Positions 62,833 through 64,000 of a stretch of DNA of 64,000 nucleotides are shown piece by piece. Position 1 is the first letter of the stretch; each line of letters begins with the position of its first letter. Made by a program: the position numbers and the translations under genes. The DNA lies in the NCBI GenBank assembly GCA_016208315.1, contig JACQYF010000016.1:648-64647 (forward strand). Direction: 5' to 3'. This DNA comes from Chloroflexota bacterium (GTDB lineage: Bacteria; Chloroflexota; Anaerolineae; UBA4142). Below the pieces are notes generated by a model. The model was not told the DNA's origin, searched no databases, and was given only the letters and a program-made list of their open reading frames with translations.

Positions 62833-63568
62833 TGATCGTTTCAACCGGGTTGAACGCTACAACGCGCTGATGGACGTCATTCGCAGCCGGATGACCAATC
62901 GCGCGTTTGCGCCCTACGACGTGCCGAAAGAACACTATGAGCTGATCGTGGAAGCCGCGCGTCACGCGCCCTCGGGCGCCAACTCGCAACCGTGGCACTA
63001 TATCGTCGTCACCGACCCGCGCGTCAAAGAGCGGCTCGCCGACCGCATCATCGCGGAACAAAGTCGCCGCGCCAAGTTGGGGATGAAGTTCCCGACGCCC
63101 AACTACAAAGGCATGGCAACCGCGCCCGGACTCATCGTGATCGTCGCGGATTTCCGCTTTGTCCGCGCGTTTCCCGTGCTGAACGACGGCTCGGAACTCG
63201 ACCAACGGTACAAGCAGAATGCCGAGCGCATCCTGCTGCAAAGCATCGGCGCGTCCGTCATGTCCGCGCATCTCGCCGCCGCGGCGCTCGGCTATGCCGT
63301 GTGGTGGGTCACCGCGATCGGCCAGGAAGAAATTCAGGTCGAGTTTAAACCGGCGCTCGGCGTGCCGGACGAGCTGGCGATCATTGACATCATGTGCTTT
63401 GGGCCGCCGCTGAATCCTTCCTACAAGCGTTGGAAGAAAAGACTCGATCAGGTCATGAGCTACGACCGATTCAACATGGCGAATTTCCTGACCGACGAGC
63501 AGCTCGATCAATGGATCAAGGAAGAGCGTGCTCGCGTAATGTATCGCGACGAGTCCAAGGTGGACTAG
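62816..63568 (+). CDS. Nitroreductase-family flavoprotein
   Basis: RMTNRAFAPYDVP...ARHAPSGANSQPWHYIVV. Confidence 0.85.
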   Translation: MASTNDDRFNRVERYNALMDVIRSRMTNRAFAPYDVPKEHYELIVEAARHAPSGANSQPWHYIVVTDPRVKERLADRIIAEQSRRAKLGMKFPTPNYKGMATAPGLIVIVADFRFVRAFPVLNDGSELDQRYKQNAERILLQSIGASVMSAHLAAAALGYAVWWVTAIGQEEIQVEFKPALGVPDELAIIDIMCFGPPLNPSYKRWKKRLDQVMSYDRFNMANFLTDEQLDQWIKEERARVMYRDESKVD

Positions 63569-63668
63569 GAATCGGGTTCGACCACAAAGACACCAAGCCG
63601 CAAAGTATGTTCGGCTGTAACTTTGTGCCTTTGTGCCTTGGTGGTAAATTTCAAAGGAGGAGGAAGAA

Positions 63669-64000
63669 GTGAAAACTCGTTCTGTTCGCTCTGCTCTCAC
63701 GGTTGTTGCTCTGGCTCTACTGCTCACGCTAATTGCCGGTTGCGCCGCACCCGCAACCATCGCGCCGACCGCTGCGCCAGTCGCCACCAGCGCGCCGGCG
63801 GCCACCGCAGCGCCGACCAGCCCACCGGCCGCCGCGGCGCCGGCCGAAATCAAGGTCGGCGCGACCATTCCGCTCACCGGGCGCTATGCGGCGGGCGGCG
63901 CGCAAATCAAGAACGGTTATGAACTCGCGGTCGAGGCGATCAACAAGGACGGCGGCGCGATGGTCAAAGCGTTCAATAAAAAGATTCCGCTGAAACTGGA
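63669..64000 (+). CDS. ABC substrate-binding lipoprotein (LivJ-like), 3' end cut by the window edge
   Basis: GTG after AAAGGAGGAGG. My translation: VKTRSVRSALTVVALALLLTLIAGC..., an Ala/Pro/Thr linker, then IKVGATIPLTGRYAAGG. Confidence 0.7.
   Translation, partial: MKTRSVRSALTVVALALLLTLIAGCAAPATIAPTAAPVATSAPAATAAPTSPPAAAAPAEIKVGATIPLTGRYAAGGAQIKNGYELAVEAINKDGGAMVKAFNKKIPLKL

Noticed and set aside
62771-63877. 368-aa minus-strand ORF
   Set aside because: It is antisense to the well-supported nitroreductase gene and to the lipoprotein start. The sequence is low-complexity with no RBS or motif.

Overview
This is a 64-kb, high-GC, very gene-dense bacterial chromosomal segment. Positions 1-55 kb are transcribed almost entirely on the minus strand and 55-64 kb on the plus strand. 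I recognised no rRNA, tRNA, CRISPR array, transposase or integrase.

Content from left to right:
1. An organohalide-respiration-type cluster: a sensor kinase with a CXXCH heme motif, a NarL-type regulator, a REC-only regulator, a tetraheme cytochrome c lipoprotein, a cupredoxin lipoprotein, and rdhA-rdhB-rdhA' (the last cut by the window edge).
2. A lipoprotein plus secreted metalloprotease pair, metK, an MFS transporter and a SIS-domain isomerase.
3. A three-gene XPB (ERCC3/Rad25-type) helicase operon with two large paralogous partner proteins, one of them SWIM-like.
4. A long catabolic stretch. It holds a cytoplasmic Mo/W-pterin oxidoreductase with its Fe-S subunit, HMGL/LeuA-like, BKACE, CocE/NonD, VOC, EthD-like, SDR and Zn-ADH genes, an FAD flavoprotein, a Liv-type ABC transporter, TetR, Hbd, SDR, cupin, cyclase, IclR and nagA.
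5. A complete Wadjet jetABCD operon placed 13 nt downstream of hemL, preceded by an SNF2 helicase plus zinc-ribbon partner pair.
6. A plus-strand cluster: IclR, a PaaK-like ligase, an unlisted 55-aa ORF, a second Mo/W oxidoreductase with its Fe-S subunit, a DUF1566-like gene, a corrinoid protein with a URO-D-like methyltransferase, a nitroreductase, and a substrate-binding protein cut by the edge.

The most unusual global property is dense colonisation by several families of palindromic or tandem REP/MITE-like repeats. Several are read through in frame: the XPB C-terminal tail, the linkers fusing LivM-LivG-LivF into one ORF, the N-terminus of a truncated hydroxyacyl-CoA dehydrogenase, and the 3' ends of jetA and the SWIM-like gene. 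There is also a 226-bp near-perfect palindrome made by inverted duplication of the 5' end of the Zn-ADH gene.

The best candidates for an undescribed system are the XPB three-gene operon and the SNF2 plus zinc-ribbon pair next to Wadjet. All family calls come from motifs read by eye in the supplied translations. No database search was run. Repeat coordinates are good to about +/-2 nt.
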